Shown: piece after piece, positions 1 to 8,326 of the stretch
Numbering within the stretch: position 1 is the stretch's first letter
How the letters are laid out: every line of letters begins with the position of its first letter
Assembly (NCBI RefSeq): GCF_003231495.1
Contig: NZ_PQWO01000016.1
Span: 1 to 32,000, forward strand
Length of the DNA stretch: 32,000 nucleotides
Direction: 5' to 3'
Source: Acaryochloris thomasi RCC1774
GTDB lineage: Bacteria > Cyanobacteriota > Cyanobacteriia > Thermosynechococcales > Thermosynechococcaceae
Notes under the pieces: model-generated
Database searches by the model: none
Seen by the model: the letters and a program-made list of their open reading frames with translations, nothing else
Told to the model about the DNA's origin: nothing
Program-made: the position numbers and the translations under genes

Positions 1-77
1 GCTGCTGGAGATTGGCGAAGGTCTTGAAGAGTTGATGCTTCATCTTCAGTCAAAGTGATACGCAATGCTGCTGGCAT
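1..77 (-). CDS. Possible 5' end of a gene running off the left window edge (25 codons: MPAALRITLTEDEASTLQDLRQSPA...)
   Basis: ATG at 77 is the first ATG after the upstream gene's TAG (129-131), in the same frame and strand. The frame stays open to position 1. The N-terminus loosely resembles helix-turn-helix N-termini of IS630-type transposase ORFs, but 25 aa is too short to assign. Confidence 0.2.
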   Translation of the reverse strand, partial: MPAALRITLTEDEASTLQDLRQSPA

Positions 78-128
78 GGAGGAAGAGGCGATAGATACGA
101 TAGCTATCTTAAGCTTATTTGCACCTCT

Positions 129-422
129 CTACTTATCAGCGACATCAACCTCTGAGAAATTAGTCTCACGCCAAGAGCCAGCAACGTCACCGCTCTCGTT
201 GTACTCAGTTGTTGTGATGCTGTACTCATCTTTGGTCGCATCAGAACCAGCGGAACGAGTCCCCCAATAGACCTGATTAACATCCACGTCAGTATTAGAA
301 TGACCGTTGTAAGTATTCTTTAGGTTGAAGCTGTTCTCAACATAGGAGCTCCCAGCAAAAGAAGGAAGAGCTGCGAAACCAACGAGAATTGCAGAGAGAG
401 GTAGGACTTTTTGAAGTTTCAT
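129..422 (-). CDS. Small secreted protein of unknown function (97 aa)
   Basis: The internal ATG at 422 gives MKLQKVLPLSAILVGFAALPSFAGSS..., a classic signal peptide. The mature part is Ser/Thr/Asn/Asp-rich with no recognisable domain. The track ORF start at 446 adds 8 unlikely residues. Confidence 0.5.
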   Translation of the reverse strand: MKLQKVLPLSAILVGFAALPSFAGSSYVENSFNLKNTYNGHSNTDVDVNQVYWGTRSAGSDATKDEYSITTTEYNESGDVAGSWRETNFSEVDVADK

Positions 423-664
423 AGGAAAATCACCACTGAATGACAATGTAGAGTCAGCAAAGAATTAGGCGAAAGCAGAACCGCTTTCGGCCAATATGTT
501 GGTTGTCATAAAATTAGTAGAAGAGTCGCGCAAGGGCAAATCTTTTACAATAGGCAAAAAGATTGAGAGAGACTTAAGACTCTCTGAAACCTATTTGTGT
601 TACCCCCGCAACACTTAATTGAAATACCAGACGAAGCACCCCGTTCTAGCATTTAACCCCGCGC

Positions 665-712
665 ATGCCAGATTAAGCCTCGTATGTCTGCTTATCTTGG
701 CATCGTTTTTTT
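665..712 (+). terminator. Intrinsic-terminator-like hairpin plus T7 tract with no upstream plus-strand gene
   Basis: Outer stem 665-671/697-703 (7 bp, one G-U). A 2x2 internal loop. Inner stem 674-678/690-694 (5 bp). An 11-nt loop, then CG followed by TTTTTTT at 706-712. Confidence 0.35.
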
Positions 713-992
713 GAGAAGTCAACCCTCATGAACAACCTTGTTATTCAAACGGATGTAACTCATGAACTTACTATCAGTGAGATGTCGCTAAGATAGCTAG
801 GGATTTTAATGACTCTTCATGATTATGTCGTATAACTTCATTCAGGTGAAGGTATACAAGGCAATCATCTTAAATACTGATAAAGGTTTTGGTGTTTTAG
901 AGACGATAGGGACTTAGTATTAATTGTTTATGCACAAATACTCGGTCTAAAATGGGCCGTAGTAATCCTACAGCCATTATCTTAGGTTCAAA

Positions 993-1847
993 ATGCTGAG
1001 CGATAATGATCGCGTTAAAGTCTTAAGTGAAGCCCTACCCTATATCCAGTCTTTTGCTGGCAAAACGATTGTCGTGAAGTATGGCGGTGCGGCGATGAAG
1101 GATGAGTCTCTTAAGGCTGGGGTGATCCGTGACATTGTTTTCATGGCTTCTGTGGGGCTGAAGATTGTTGTTGTCCACGGCGGTGGACCTGAAATCAATC
1201 ACTGGCTTAACAGATTAGGGATTGAGACCCAGTTCAAAAATGGTCTAAGGGTTACGGATGCAGCCACAATGGATGTTGTGGAAATGGTGCTTGTGGGGCG
1301 GGTGAATAAAGAACTCGTCTCTTTGATTAATCAAGCCGGGGGAGCTGCGGTCGGCATTTGTGGGAAAGACGGGAATTTAGTTACGGCTCGCCCTCAAGGG
1401 GAAGCGGAGATCGGGTTTGTGGGGGAGGTAAATGCGGTGAATGCAGATGTCATTTCTACGTTGCTAGACGGCGGATACATCCCAATTGTTTCCAGTGTGG
1501 CCGATGACGAAGAGGGACAACCCTATAATATCAATGCAGATACTGCGGCTGGGGAGATTGCGGCTTCTCTTGATGCAGAGAAATTGATTCTGCTGACTGA
1601 TACAGCCGGGATTCTACGCGATGCAAAGGACTCGTCGACGCTGATTCCCCAGCTGAGCATCGGGGAGGCGCGGTCTTTGATTGAACAGCAGATTGTGGCG
1701 GGCGGTATGATTCCTAAAGTCTTGTGCTGTGTCCGATCTCTCGCTCAAGGGGTGAATGCGGCTCACATTATTGATGGCCAAGTCCCCCATGCTTTGCTGT
1801 TAGAGATTTTTACGGATGCTGGAGTGGGTTCAATGCTGACGGCTTAG
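993..1847 (+). CDS. argB: N-acetylglutamate kinase
   Basis: 284 aa with amino-acid-kinase family motifs ([30 protein letters not shown]). Length and overall sequence are typical of ArgB. Confidence 0.95.
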   Translation: MLSDNDRVKVLSEALPYIQSFAGKTIVVKYGGAAMKDESLKAGVIRDIVFMASVGLKIVVVHGGGPEINHWLNRLGIETQFKNGLRVTDAATMDVVEMVLVGRVNKELVSLINQAGGAAVGICGKDGNLVTARPQGEAEIGFVGEVNAVNADVISTLLDGGYIPIVSSVADDEEGQPYNINADTAAGEIAASLDAEKLILLTDTAGILRDAKDSSTLIPQLSIGEARSLIEQQIVAGGMIPKVLCCVRSLAQGVNAAHIIDGQVPHALLLEIFTDAGVGSMLTA

Positions 1848-2549
1848 ATGATGCGTTTTGATATTGTGACTCTATTCCCGGAGTTTTTTGCTTCACCTTT
1901 ATCAAGTAGCTTGGTGGGCAAGGCTTTGGCGAAGGGGATTGCGGAAGTTAACTTAGTCAATCCTAGGGATTTCACGACCGATAAGCATCACCGGGTTGAT
2001 GATGAACCCTATGGTGGCGGCGTAGGGATGCTGATGAAACCTGATCCCATTTTTGCAGCAGTTGAGTCTTTACCTCAGCTCTCTAGGCGGGAAATTATTC
2101 TGCTAACGCCGCAGGGAGAAACGATGAATCAGACTTTATTTCAAGACCTTACACGTTGCGAACAATTGGTACTGATCTGTGGGCACTACGAGGGCGTCGA
2201 TGAGCGAGTGGCAGAGCACTTAGTGACGCGGGAAATTTCTTTGGGGGATTTTGTGCTGACCTGTGGCGAAATTCCAGCTTTAACATTGCTCAATGGAGTG
2301 CTGAGATTGCTGCCGGGAACGGTGGCAAAAGCTGATTCTCTAAAGTATGAAAGCTTTGAGGCAGGGTTGCTGGATTATCCGCAATATACACGCCCTGCCG
2401 TTTTCCGTGGCTGGGAGGTTCCAGCGGTTCTGCGCTCTGGGAATCATGGGCAAATTGCTCAATGGCGACGGGAGCAGCAGCAGGAGCGGACTTGCGATCG
2501 CAGGCCTGATCTATACAAGGTCTGGCAAAACGAAGCCGATCTTGAGTAG
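1848..2549 (+). CDS. trmD: tRNA (guanine37-N1)-methyltransferase
   Basis: 233 aa with the MRFDIVTLFPEFF N-terminus and GHYEGVDERV and SLGDFVLT.GE motifs typical of TrmD. The ATG abuts the argB stop (TAGATGATG). Confidence 0.93.
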   Translation: MMRFDIVTLFPEFFASPLSSSLVGKALAKGIAEVNLVNPRDFTTDKHHRVDDEPYGGGVGMLMKPDPIFAAVESLPQLSRREIILLTPQGETMNQTLFQDLTRCEQLVLICGHYEGVDERVAEHLVTREISLGDFVLTCGEIPALTLLNGVLRLLPGTVAKADSLKYESFEAGLLDYPQYTRPAVFRGWEVPAVLRSGNHGQIAQWRREQQQERTCDRRPDLYKVWQNEADLE

Positions 2550-2562
2550 AAATATCAAAGAT

Positions 2563-2853
2563 TTACGATTTTTCTACCTGCAAGAATTCGATGCGCGGCA
2601 GCAGCGGATCTTGAACAAGGCCAATCCCTTGGAGCTGCCAGCGATCTAAGACCCCTCGAAGTTGTCGAGTGGGAAGGGTCTCAACCTGAAAGTGTTGAGC
2701 AACTTCGCTGCCGTGGGTGTTGAGATAGCTGAGGGCGTCAAACTGTTCTGAGAACACTAAGAGATAGGCCACCGCTGTGTCGGGGTTCGGGTGGGCTGTG
2801 AGATAGTTGCTGTTGGCTTGCGATCGCAACACATAATAAAGCGCTGAATCCAT
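2563..2853 (-). CDS. Hypothetical small protein (96 aa)
   Basis: ATG-initiated ORF 11 nt downstream of the permease gene on the same strand, with no competing ORF. No domain recognised by eye. Confidence 0.5.
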   Translation of the reverse strand: MDSALYYVLRSQANSNYLTAHPNPDTAVAYLLVFSEQFDALSYLNTHGSEVAQHFQVETLPTRQLRGVLDRWQLQGIGLVQDPLLPRIEFLQVEKS

Positions 2854-2864
2854 CCAGACCCTCC

Positions 2865-3989
2865 CTACTTCATCTCATCAAGCTGAATTCGGGGATCTAC
2901 AACTTTCAGCAGCAGATCCGCCAGCAAATTACCGATAATCAGCATCACAGCCCCGATCATCAAGCTCGCCATCACTAAATATAAGTCTTGCTCTAGAACC
3001 GCCTTAAGAATCAAACGGCCCAGTCCCGGCCAGTTGAAAAAAGTTTCGGCAATAAACGCACCACCCAGCAGACTCGCAAACTCAAATCCCAGCAAAGTAA
3101 TCAGTGGGTTAACCGCATTGCGAAGAGCGTGAACATAAATCACCTTATTCTCCGGCAAGCCCTTTGCCCGAGCCGTCTGCACATAATTTTGCCGCAGCAC
3201 ATCCAGTAGATTACCGCGAGTCAGACGCTGAAGACCGGCAAAGCTGGTCACGGTCAAGGCCAAAGTCGGCAGAATCATGTGCCAGCCAATATCTAAAACC
3301 TTGCCAATGGGCGAAAGATCCGCATGATAAACGCTCGTCATGTTACCAACGGGAAAGAGAGGCGTGCTCTGGGCAAAAAACAGCAGCAAGAGGGCCGTGA
3401 TGAAGCTAGGAAATCCTTGGCCTGCATAGCTAAAGACCCTTAAAACTCGATCGGTCAAACGGTTCTGCTTAACGGCACCAATAATCCCCAAAGGCAGAGC
3501 GATGGCCCAGGTAATCAAAATAGAAGCGATCGAAAGCAGCAAAGTATTTGGGACTTTTTCCGCAATCAACGTCAAAACAGGACGTTGAGAGGCAAAGCTA
3601 TAGCCAAAATTGCCCTGAAGCACCTGCCCCAACCACAGCCAATAGCGCTGAAACACCCACCCGAGCCACGGTCCCCAAAGGCTCCAAAACTGGCTCCAGG
3701 CTTTGGCTGCGATAGGGGACTCCGGCTCATCTTCTAAGCCAAACTGCTTTGCTAACTCCGCTAACCGCTCCGGCGAAATCTTGGGATCGGTTCTCAACTT
3801 ATCGAGGTAGTTTCCAGGCGTGAGCTGCACAATCACGTAGCACAGGATAGAAGCCAGGAACAGCGTGATCAGTCCCTGGAATAGTCGCTTAACGACGTAC
3901 GCAAAGGTGTCACTGGTTAAAAAAGCCCGCAGACCATCAATCACAGACGGCTTTGACTGGATATCAGGTGTTTTTGGCTGGTCAATCAT
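2865..3989 (-). CDS. ABC transporter permease, DppB/OppB-type (peptide/nickel family)
   Basis: 374 aa with multiple hydrophobic helices. It has the N-terminal VVKRLFQGLITLFLASIL pattern and the conserved cytoplasmic loop YVQTARAKGLPENKVIYVHALRNA typical of binding-protein-dependent permeases. No partner ABC genes are adjacent. Confidence 0.85.
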   Translation of the reverse strand: MIDQPKTPDIQSKPSVIDGLRAFLTSDTFAYVVKRLFQGLITLFLASILCYVIVQLTPGNYLDKLRTDPKISPERLAELAKQFGLEDEPESPIAAKAWSQFWSLWGPWLGWVFQRYWLWLGQVLQGNFGYSFASQRPVLTLIAEKVPNTLLLSIASILITWAIALPLGIIGAVKQNRLTDRVLRVFSYAGQGFPSFITALLLLFFAQSTPLFPVGNMTSVYHADLSPIGKVLDIGWHMILPTLALTVTSFAGLQRLTRGNLLDVLRQNYVQTARAKGLPENKVIYVHALRNAVNPLITLLGFEFASLLGGAFIAETFFNWPGLGRLILKAVLEQDLYLVMASLMIGAVMLIIGNLLADLLLKVVDPRIQLDEMK

Positions 3990-4005
3990 GCAAAGCTCTC
4001 AGGGG

Positions 4006-4518
4006 CTAGTACTGTACCAAGGCGTTAATCGGAACGTCGGGCAGGTGCTGCCGTCCATTGAGGGCCGTTAGTTCAATGATGAAGGCAAAGCCACTTAGCG
4101 TGCAGTCACACTGGTTAATTAACTTGGCGGTGGCCGCCGCTGTTCCGCCGGTTGCGATCAAATCATCAACGATGAGCACCTTACTTCCGGGCTGAAACGC
4201 ATCCTGGTGTAGCTCTAGGCGATCGGTGCCGTACTCTAATTCATAGTCAATGCCATGCACCGGGGCCGGAAGCTTACCGGGTTTACGAACGGGGACAAAA
4301 CCAGCCCCGAGCTTGTAAGCAAGGGGAGTGCCGAAAATGAAGCCGCGCGACTCCATACCGACAACGTAGTTGATGCCCTGGTCGGCGTGTTCTTCAGCCA
4401 AGCGATCAATGACGTAGTTCAAGCCTTCTGCATTTTGCAGCAAGGTGGTAATGTCGCGGAACATGATTCCAGGCTTGGGGAAATCTGGAATGTCACGAAT
4501 CAGGGATTTCAAGTCCAT
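4006..4518 (-). CDS. apt: Adenine phosphoribosyltransferase
   Basis: 170 aa with N-terminal [18 protein letters not shown] and the PRTase motif [14 protein letters not shown]. Confidence 0.93.
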   Translation of the reverse strand: MDLKSLIRDIPDFPKPGIMFRDITTLLQNAEGLNYVIDRLAEEHADQGINYVVGMESRGFIFGTPLAYKLGAGFVPVRKPGKLPAPVHGIDYELEYGTDRLELHQDAFQPGSKVLIVDDLIATGGTAAATAKLINQCDCTLSGFAFIIELTALNGRQHLPDVPINALVQY

Positions 4519-4584
4519 GCGCTACCCGTTAAATACTGAACTGAGGTTCATAGTAAGCGAGGATCGGCCTACCGTCTTTAAAGA

Positions 4585-5100
4585 TTACGATACCGAAGAA
4601 TCAGTTCCCTTGGGTGTCATATCCTGCTGTACCGCATGTGAATGACCATTTGCGTGCGTTTTCTCTGGGGTGGGAACGGTTGGCGACGGGTCCGATGCTG
4701 GCTGCCCCGCCTGAGGTTTAGCTCGACGAGGCGGCTTCGGGGTCGTTAGCGTTTTCCAGGCCGCTTTGGCACCGGTCACCATACTGCGAGTGGTGATCTC
4801 CGCGCTCTGCACCTGCTGCTTAGTCTCCTGGAGGCTACGGTCCACCTGCTTGACGACGCGGCCTGCACTTTCGACGCCATCGCCGAGACCATCTGTTAAT
4901 TCTTGAACCTCTAAACCTGTAAGCCGCAAAGCCTCTAAAGTCGGGGGCAGATCCCGCGCGAGGGTATCAAAGAGCTTCTCCGCGCTGCGGGCCGCCCTCG
5001 CTAGTTCTAGAAATGCGGGAATGGCCACAGCCAGCACAACGGCGAGACAAATTGCCACCAGTAAAATTGACAGTCCGAGCCAAAAGAGGGGGGTCGTCAC
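4585..5100 (-). CDS. DUF948-like (YtxG-like) membrane-anchored coiled-coil protein
   Basis: 171 aa from a GTG start. An N-terminal TM helix (LFWLGLSILLVAICLAVVLAVAIPAF) is followed by a helical or coiled segment and a Pro/Ser-rich tail. Confidence 0.7.
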   Translation of the reverse strand: MTTPLFWLGLSILLVAICLAVVLAVAIPAFLELARAARSAEKLFDTLARDLPPTLEALRLTGLEVQELTDGLGDGVESAGRVVKQVDRSLQETKQQVQSAEITTRSMVTGAKAAWKTLTTPKPPRRAKPQAGQPASDPSPTVPTPEKTHANGHSHAVQQDMTPKGTDSSVS

Positions 5101-5134
5101 AGCTTATTACCCAAGGCAAACGTCAACCACTGCC

Positions 5135-5461
5135 TTACCCCTCTGACGCATTATTCTGAGCAGTCTGCTGCAGGTGCTGGCGCTGGGCCTGGGTGGCTTC
5201 TACCCCTGCTTCAATGGCTTCCCCAAGGCGTTCGAGGGTTTCATCCCAGCGCTTGACGGCTGAGGTGGAAAGACGACCAGCGTGAAGCTGCAGATTGGCG
5301 GACAGATCGTCTGCAAGGTCTGGCAGGGCATCCATTGTTTCCTTAAGCAGGTAGCGGTTCTCTCGCCCTGACTTGGGCGCTAAAAGTAGACTGGTGACGG
5401 TGCCGACGGCGGTACCGACAAGGACTCCACCTAAAAATACGCCTGAATGATTGTTTGACAT
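5135..5461 (-). CDS. YtxH-domain protein (108 aa)
   Basis: The internal ATG at 5461 gives MSNNHSGVFLGGVLVGTAVGTVTSLLLAPKSGRENR..., the canonical YtxH N-terminus. The track's longer ORF (start 5611) would overlap the upstream 94-aa gene. Confidence 0.75.
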   Translation of the reverse strand: MSNNHSGVFLGGVLVGTAVGTVTSLLLAPKSGRENRYLLKETMDALPDLADDLSANLQLHAGRLSTSAVKRWDETLERLGEAIEAGVEATQAQRQHLQQTAQNNASEG

Positions 5462-5520
5462 CTGAATGCTATTCCAAAGTTTAAATGCTGTTTTGAAGTT
5501 GAGGGTCATTAAGAAGAAAG

Positions 5521-5805
5521 CTACCGGAACCGACGCCGCTGCCAAGCAATGAGCCGGATAGCCTGTCTGGCGCGACGGAGCTGTGGCTCGATCTGACGGA
5601 TGCGATCGCAAACTTCTTCCACCCGCTGATAGCTCTCGGTAATTGTCTGAGGTGCGCCATACAAAATAGGGTGGGCTGTTTGTTCCACCTCAATCAGCGT
5701 ATCGGCGACCTGTCCGAGCGATTGCTTGAGTCGCCAAACTTGCCAAGCAACCCCCAAACAGAGGATCGCCAGCAATAGATTAATGACAAGCACAATGGTC
5801 AACAT
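5521..5805 (-). CDS. Small membrane-anchored protein (94 aa), unknown function
   Basis: N-terminal TM helix MLTIVLVINLLLAILCLGVAWQVW, then a helical region and a basic tail (RRARQAIRLIAWQRRRFR). It sits directly upstream of and co-directional with the YtxH and DUF948 genes. Confidence 0.5.
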   Translation of the reverse strand: MLTIVLVINLLLAILCLGVAWQVWRLKQSLGQVADTLIEVEQTAHPILYGAPQTITESYQRVEEVCDRIRQIEPQLRRARQAIRLIAWQRRRFR

Positions 5806-5992
5806 GACTTTCCTTAATAAAAACCGCCTTAACGGGTAATGGCGACAGGAGCAACGGTATGATCAGTGCATGAGCGCTGGATCTTCAGTTTATGCTGAAG
5901 CTCTATTTAGACCTAGCGCCTCTCGGAAAAACAGAGCTGGACTTTACAAAAGTTTGTCTCTTGTCTTGCCCACCTGACTTCATTCCTTTGAT

Positions 5993-6457
5993 ATGCAGAC
6001 CTACGATTCGGATATTGCAACGGTGGATCTTACTGAAACTGACGTGAACAACAACTATGTTGAGGTGATTGAAACCGTCATCTCTAGCCTTGACCAAGAG
6101 CACAGTAGCTTAGTTAACCGCACCCAGGCCGGACACCTCTGGAAGTTTAAGTACGGCAGCGTTGAGGTTTTTATTCAACTCACGGGCAGCACTGACGAAG
6201 ATACCTTTACCGTTTGGTCGCCGGTCCTGGCCTTGCCGGTGCAAAACGAAGCGGGTCTGATGCGAAAGCTAATGGAACTCAACTGGATGGGGACGTTCGA
6301 GGCGCGTTTTGGCATCTTTAAGGACAGTATTGTTGTGGTTACAAGCCGGTCAGTGGCCGATCTATCCCCTGGCGAAATGTCCCATTTAATTACCATCGTG
6401 GCCACCATTGCCGATGACTATGATGATGAGCTGGTGGCTGAATTCCCTGCTGCTTAG
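5993..6457 (+). CDS. YbjN-like (T3SS-chaperone-like fold) protein
   Basis: 154 aa, acidic. The pattern WKFKYGSVEVFIQL...FTVWSPVLALP...LMELNW..TFEARFGIF.DSIVVV..R.V.DLSPGEMSHLITIVATIADDYDDEL matches my memory of cyanobacterial YbjN-domain proteins. Confidence 0.65.
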   Translation: MQTYDSDIATVDLTETDVNNNYVEVIETVISSLDQEHSSLVNRTQAGHLWKFKYGSVEVFIQLTGSTDEDTFTVWSPVLALPVQNEAGLMRKLMELNWMGTFEARFGIFKDSIVVVTSRSVADLSPGEMSHLITIVATIADDYDDELVAEFPAA

Positions 6458-6470
6458 GTCTCTCAATTAG

Positions 6471-7214
6471 GTGTCTCAGACCTGGCGACTGATTCCGCCC
6501 TTTGCGGCACCCGGTCACCTGCAGATGGCGCTGGATCAATGGCTGTTTCAGCAGTGTGCAAAGGGTGAGCATCCTGCCGTTCTGCGCTTTTACACCTGGT
6601 CCCCTGCAGCCATCTCGCTGGGTAAGAATCAGCAGCGCTGGCCTCAGCATTGGCAGAAGTTAACTTGGAATCAACAGCCCGTAGAGCTTGTGCGCCGACC
6701 GTCAGGGGGGCGAGCGGTCCTGCATCAGGGTGACCTGACCTATATGTTAGTGGTCAATAATCAATCGGGGAACCGACGGCAGGCTTACCGAGCGCTGTGT
6801 GAATTTCTGATTCAGGGGTGGCAGACGCTGGGCGTTTCGCTGCACTTCGGTGGAGCGGGGCGGGGTTATATGGAACAGCCGAATTGTTTTGCGATCGCAA
6901 CTGATGCCGACCTCGTCCTCACCGATGGCACAAAGCTAATTGGCAGCGCCCAGGCATGGCAAGGAGCAACAGTGCTTCAACATGGCTCAATACGATTACA
7001 GCCTGACTCTGAACTCTACCTTCAAGTTTTTGGCGAAGAAGCAAACGTAGGGCAACCTATCACCGCTCAACATCTACCTCAGTCCAAAATCATTCAATCC
7101 CTAACCCAGGCTGCAGAAGATTGCTTTCAGATGCAGTTGCGTAATCAACCGCTTTCAGACCTTGAGTGGAAGGCTATTAACGCAAGCATAGACAGTAGCC
7201 TTGCAGGCAGCTAA
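6471..7214 (+). CDS. Lipoate-protein ligase/octanoyltransferase family protein (BPL/LPL catalytic domain only)
   Basis: 247 aa from a GTG start. Contains LRFYTWSPAAISLG, RRPSGGRAVLH and the conserved lysine motif KLIGSAQ. There is no LplA C-terminal accessory domain. Confidence 0.8.
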   Translation: MSQTWRLIPPFAAPGHLQMALDQWLFQQCAKGEHPAVLRFYTWSPAAISLGKNQQRWPQHWQKLTWNQQPVELVRRPSGGRAVLHQGDLTYMLVVNNQSGNRRQAYRALCEFLIQGWQTLGVSLHFGGAGRGYMEQPNCFAIATDADLVLTDGTKLIGSAQAWQGATVLQHGSIRLQPDSELYLQVFGEEANVGQPITAQHLPQSKIIQSLTQAAEDCFQMQLRNQPLSDLEWKAINASIDSSLAGS

Positions 7215-7289
7215 CCACGCCTTCGAAAAAGATGCGGAAGGCCTGTCGGCCAAGCAGGGTTCTATCTTTCGCTATAGAGCTTCTTTAAC

Positions 7290-7331
7290 GCCGCCTCTAA
7301 CAAAGGGTATAGGCGGCAGACTTACTTTTTT
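7290..7331 (+). terminator. Weak terminator-like hairpin downstream of the LplA-family gene
   Basis: Stem GCCGCCT/AGGCGGC (7290-7296/7311-7317) with a 14-nt loop. The T6 tract at 7326-7331 starts 8 nt after the stem, which is non-canonical spacing. Confidence 0.25.
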
Positions 7332-7399
7332 GCCATCGTAGATTTAACTCAGTCAGTCTTGAACCGTTGAAAATTGATACACAGGTGAAATATCTAACG

Positions 7400-8293
7400 A
7401 TGAACATTAGGGTTGCCACAAAAGCAATGTCGCCGATTTTGGGCTTGGTGATTCTCGCCACTCCTCTACAGGCACAAGCTCAAATTCCCGCTGTGCCAGC
7501 CGCCACCACAAACTTTGGTCAGACAGGAGAACTCGCCTACGATTTCCATATGCGACGAGGATACGCAGCGGTCAAGCAGGATGACCATGTTTCCGCCGCT
7601 ATTCACTTCAGGAATGCCCTCTACGAACGTCCACTGGATCGCGATGCGACGACGGCCTACTGGAATGCTCAAAGTGCCTTGCAGGATAAAGCAGACGGTA
7701 GCGCCAACGACCCACCTGAGACTGATTATGACCGCTACATGGAAATTGGCTATGACGCGACAGAAAGTGGCGACTATCAAACAGCGCTGATTAATTTTCA
7801 ACGTGCACAAGCTGAGCGGCCCAATGATGGCTACGCGGCCCAAGCCATTATTAATACTAAAACCTATATTCGCCGAGGGGAGGGTGCTGATCTTGAGGAT
7901 TTAATCTCTCTACCCAACGTTTATGAGGGTGAACGCCCCTATGATCGCTATCTCCGTCTAGGGTATGCAGCAGCTCAGCGAGACGATCACCAAACGGCTG
8001 TCACCTATTTTCGGAGTGCGCTGTATGAGCGTCCGAACGATCGTCAGGCCACCATTGCTTACTGGAATGCTGTTGATGTTGTCAAAGGTGGCAAGCAGGA
8101 GCAAAAGAGCCAAGGACCAGAGCCAATCTACGATCGCTACATGCGATTAGGTTATGATGCAGCCGAGCGCAAGGCCTATCAAAAAGCTAGCCGTCATTTC
8201 CAGAAAGCTTTAGAAGAGCGTCCAGGAGATAGTTATGCAGAACAGGCGCTTCGGAACGTCATGACATACATCAATGCGAAGACGCGAGAATAA
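7400..8293 (+). CDS. Secreted TPR-like repeat protein with (A-B)x2 internal duplication
   Basis: Signal peptide ...MSPILGLVILATPLQAQA/QIP. Four ~60-aa units share YDRYMxxGYxAxxxxDxxxAxxxFxxAxxERPxD. The start is ambiguous (ATG 7400 or 7427; the track uses TTG 7367). Confidence 0.7.
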   Translation: MNIRVATKAMSPILGLVILATPLQAQAQIPAVPAATTNFGQTGELAYDFHMRRGYAAVKQDDHVSAAIHFRNALYERPLDRDATTAYWNAQSALQDKADGSANDPPETDYDRYMEIGYDATESGDYQTALINFQRAQAERPNDGYAAQAIINTKTYIRRGEGADLEDLISLPNVYEGERPYDRYLRLGYAAAQRDDHQTAVTYFRSALYERPNDRQATIAYWNAVDVVKGGKQEQKSQGPEPIYDRYMRLGYDAAERKAYQKASRHFQKALEERPGDSYAEQALRNVMTYINAKTRE

Positions 8294-8326
8294 ATAGGGC
8301 AAACGCACTTTCGGGATGAGAGTCCA

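Noticed and set aside
496-615. 39-codon ORF (MLVVIKLVEESRKGKSF...) in the long spacer
   Set aside because: No RBS, an AT-rich composition and no recognisable features. It is probably fortuitous.
959-971. NtcA-like GTA...TAC motif upstream of argB
   Set aside because: The spacing is N7, not the required N8, and no suitably placed -10 was seen.
2347-2649. 100-aa ORF overlapping the trmD 3' end and the convergent 96-aa gene
   Set aside because: It is an alternative frame of two better-supported genes.
5462-5611. N-terminal extension of the YtxH ORF (track start 5611); likewise 14145-14315 for the DUF4278 ORF
   Set aside because: The extensions overlap the neighbouring gene or the AT-rich promoter region. 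The conserved family N-termini begin exactly at the internal ATGs (5461 and 14144).
7466-8150. ORFs 7466-7843(-), 7515-7790(+) and 7965-8150(+) overlapping the repeat-protein gene
   Set aside because: These are alternative-frame or antisense shadows of a gene with a clear signal peptide and repeat structure.
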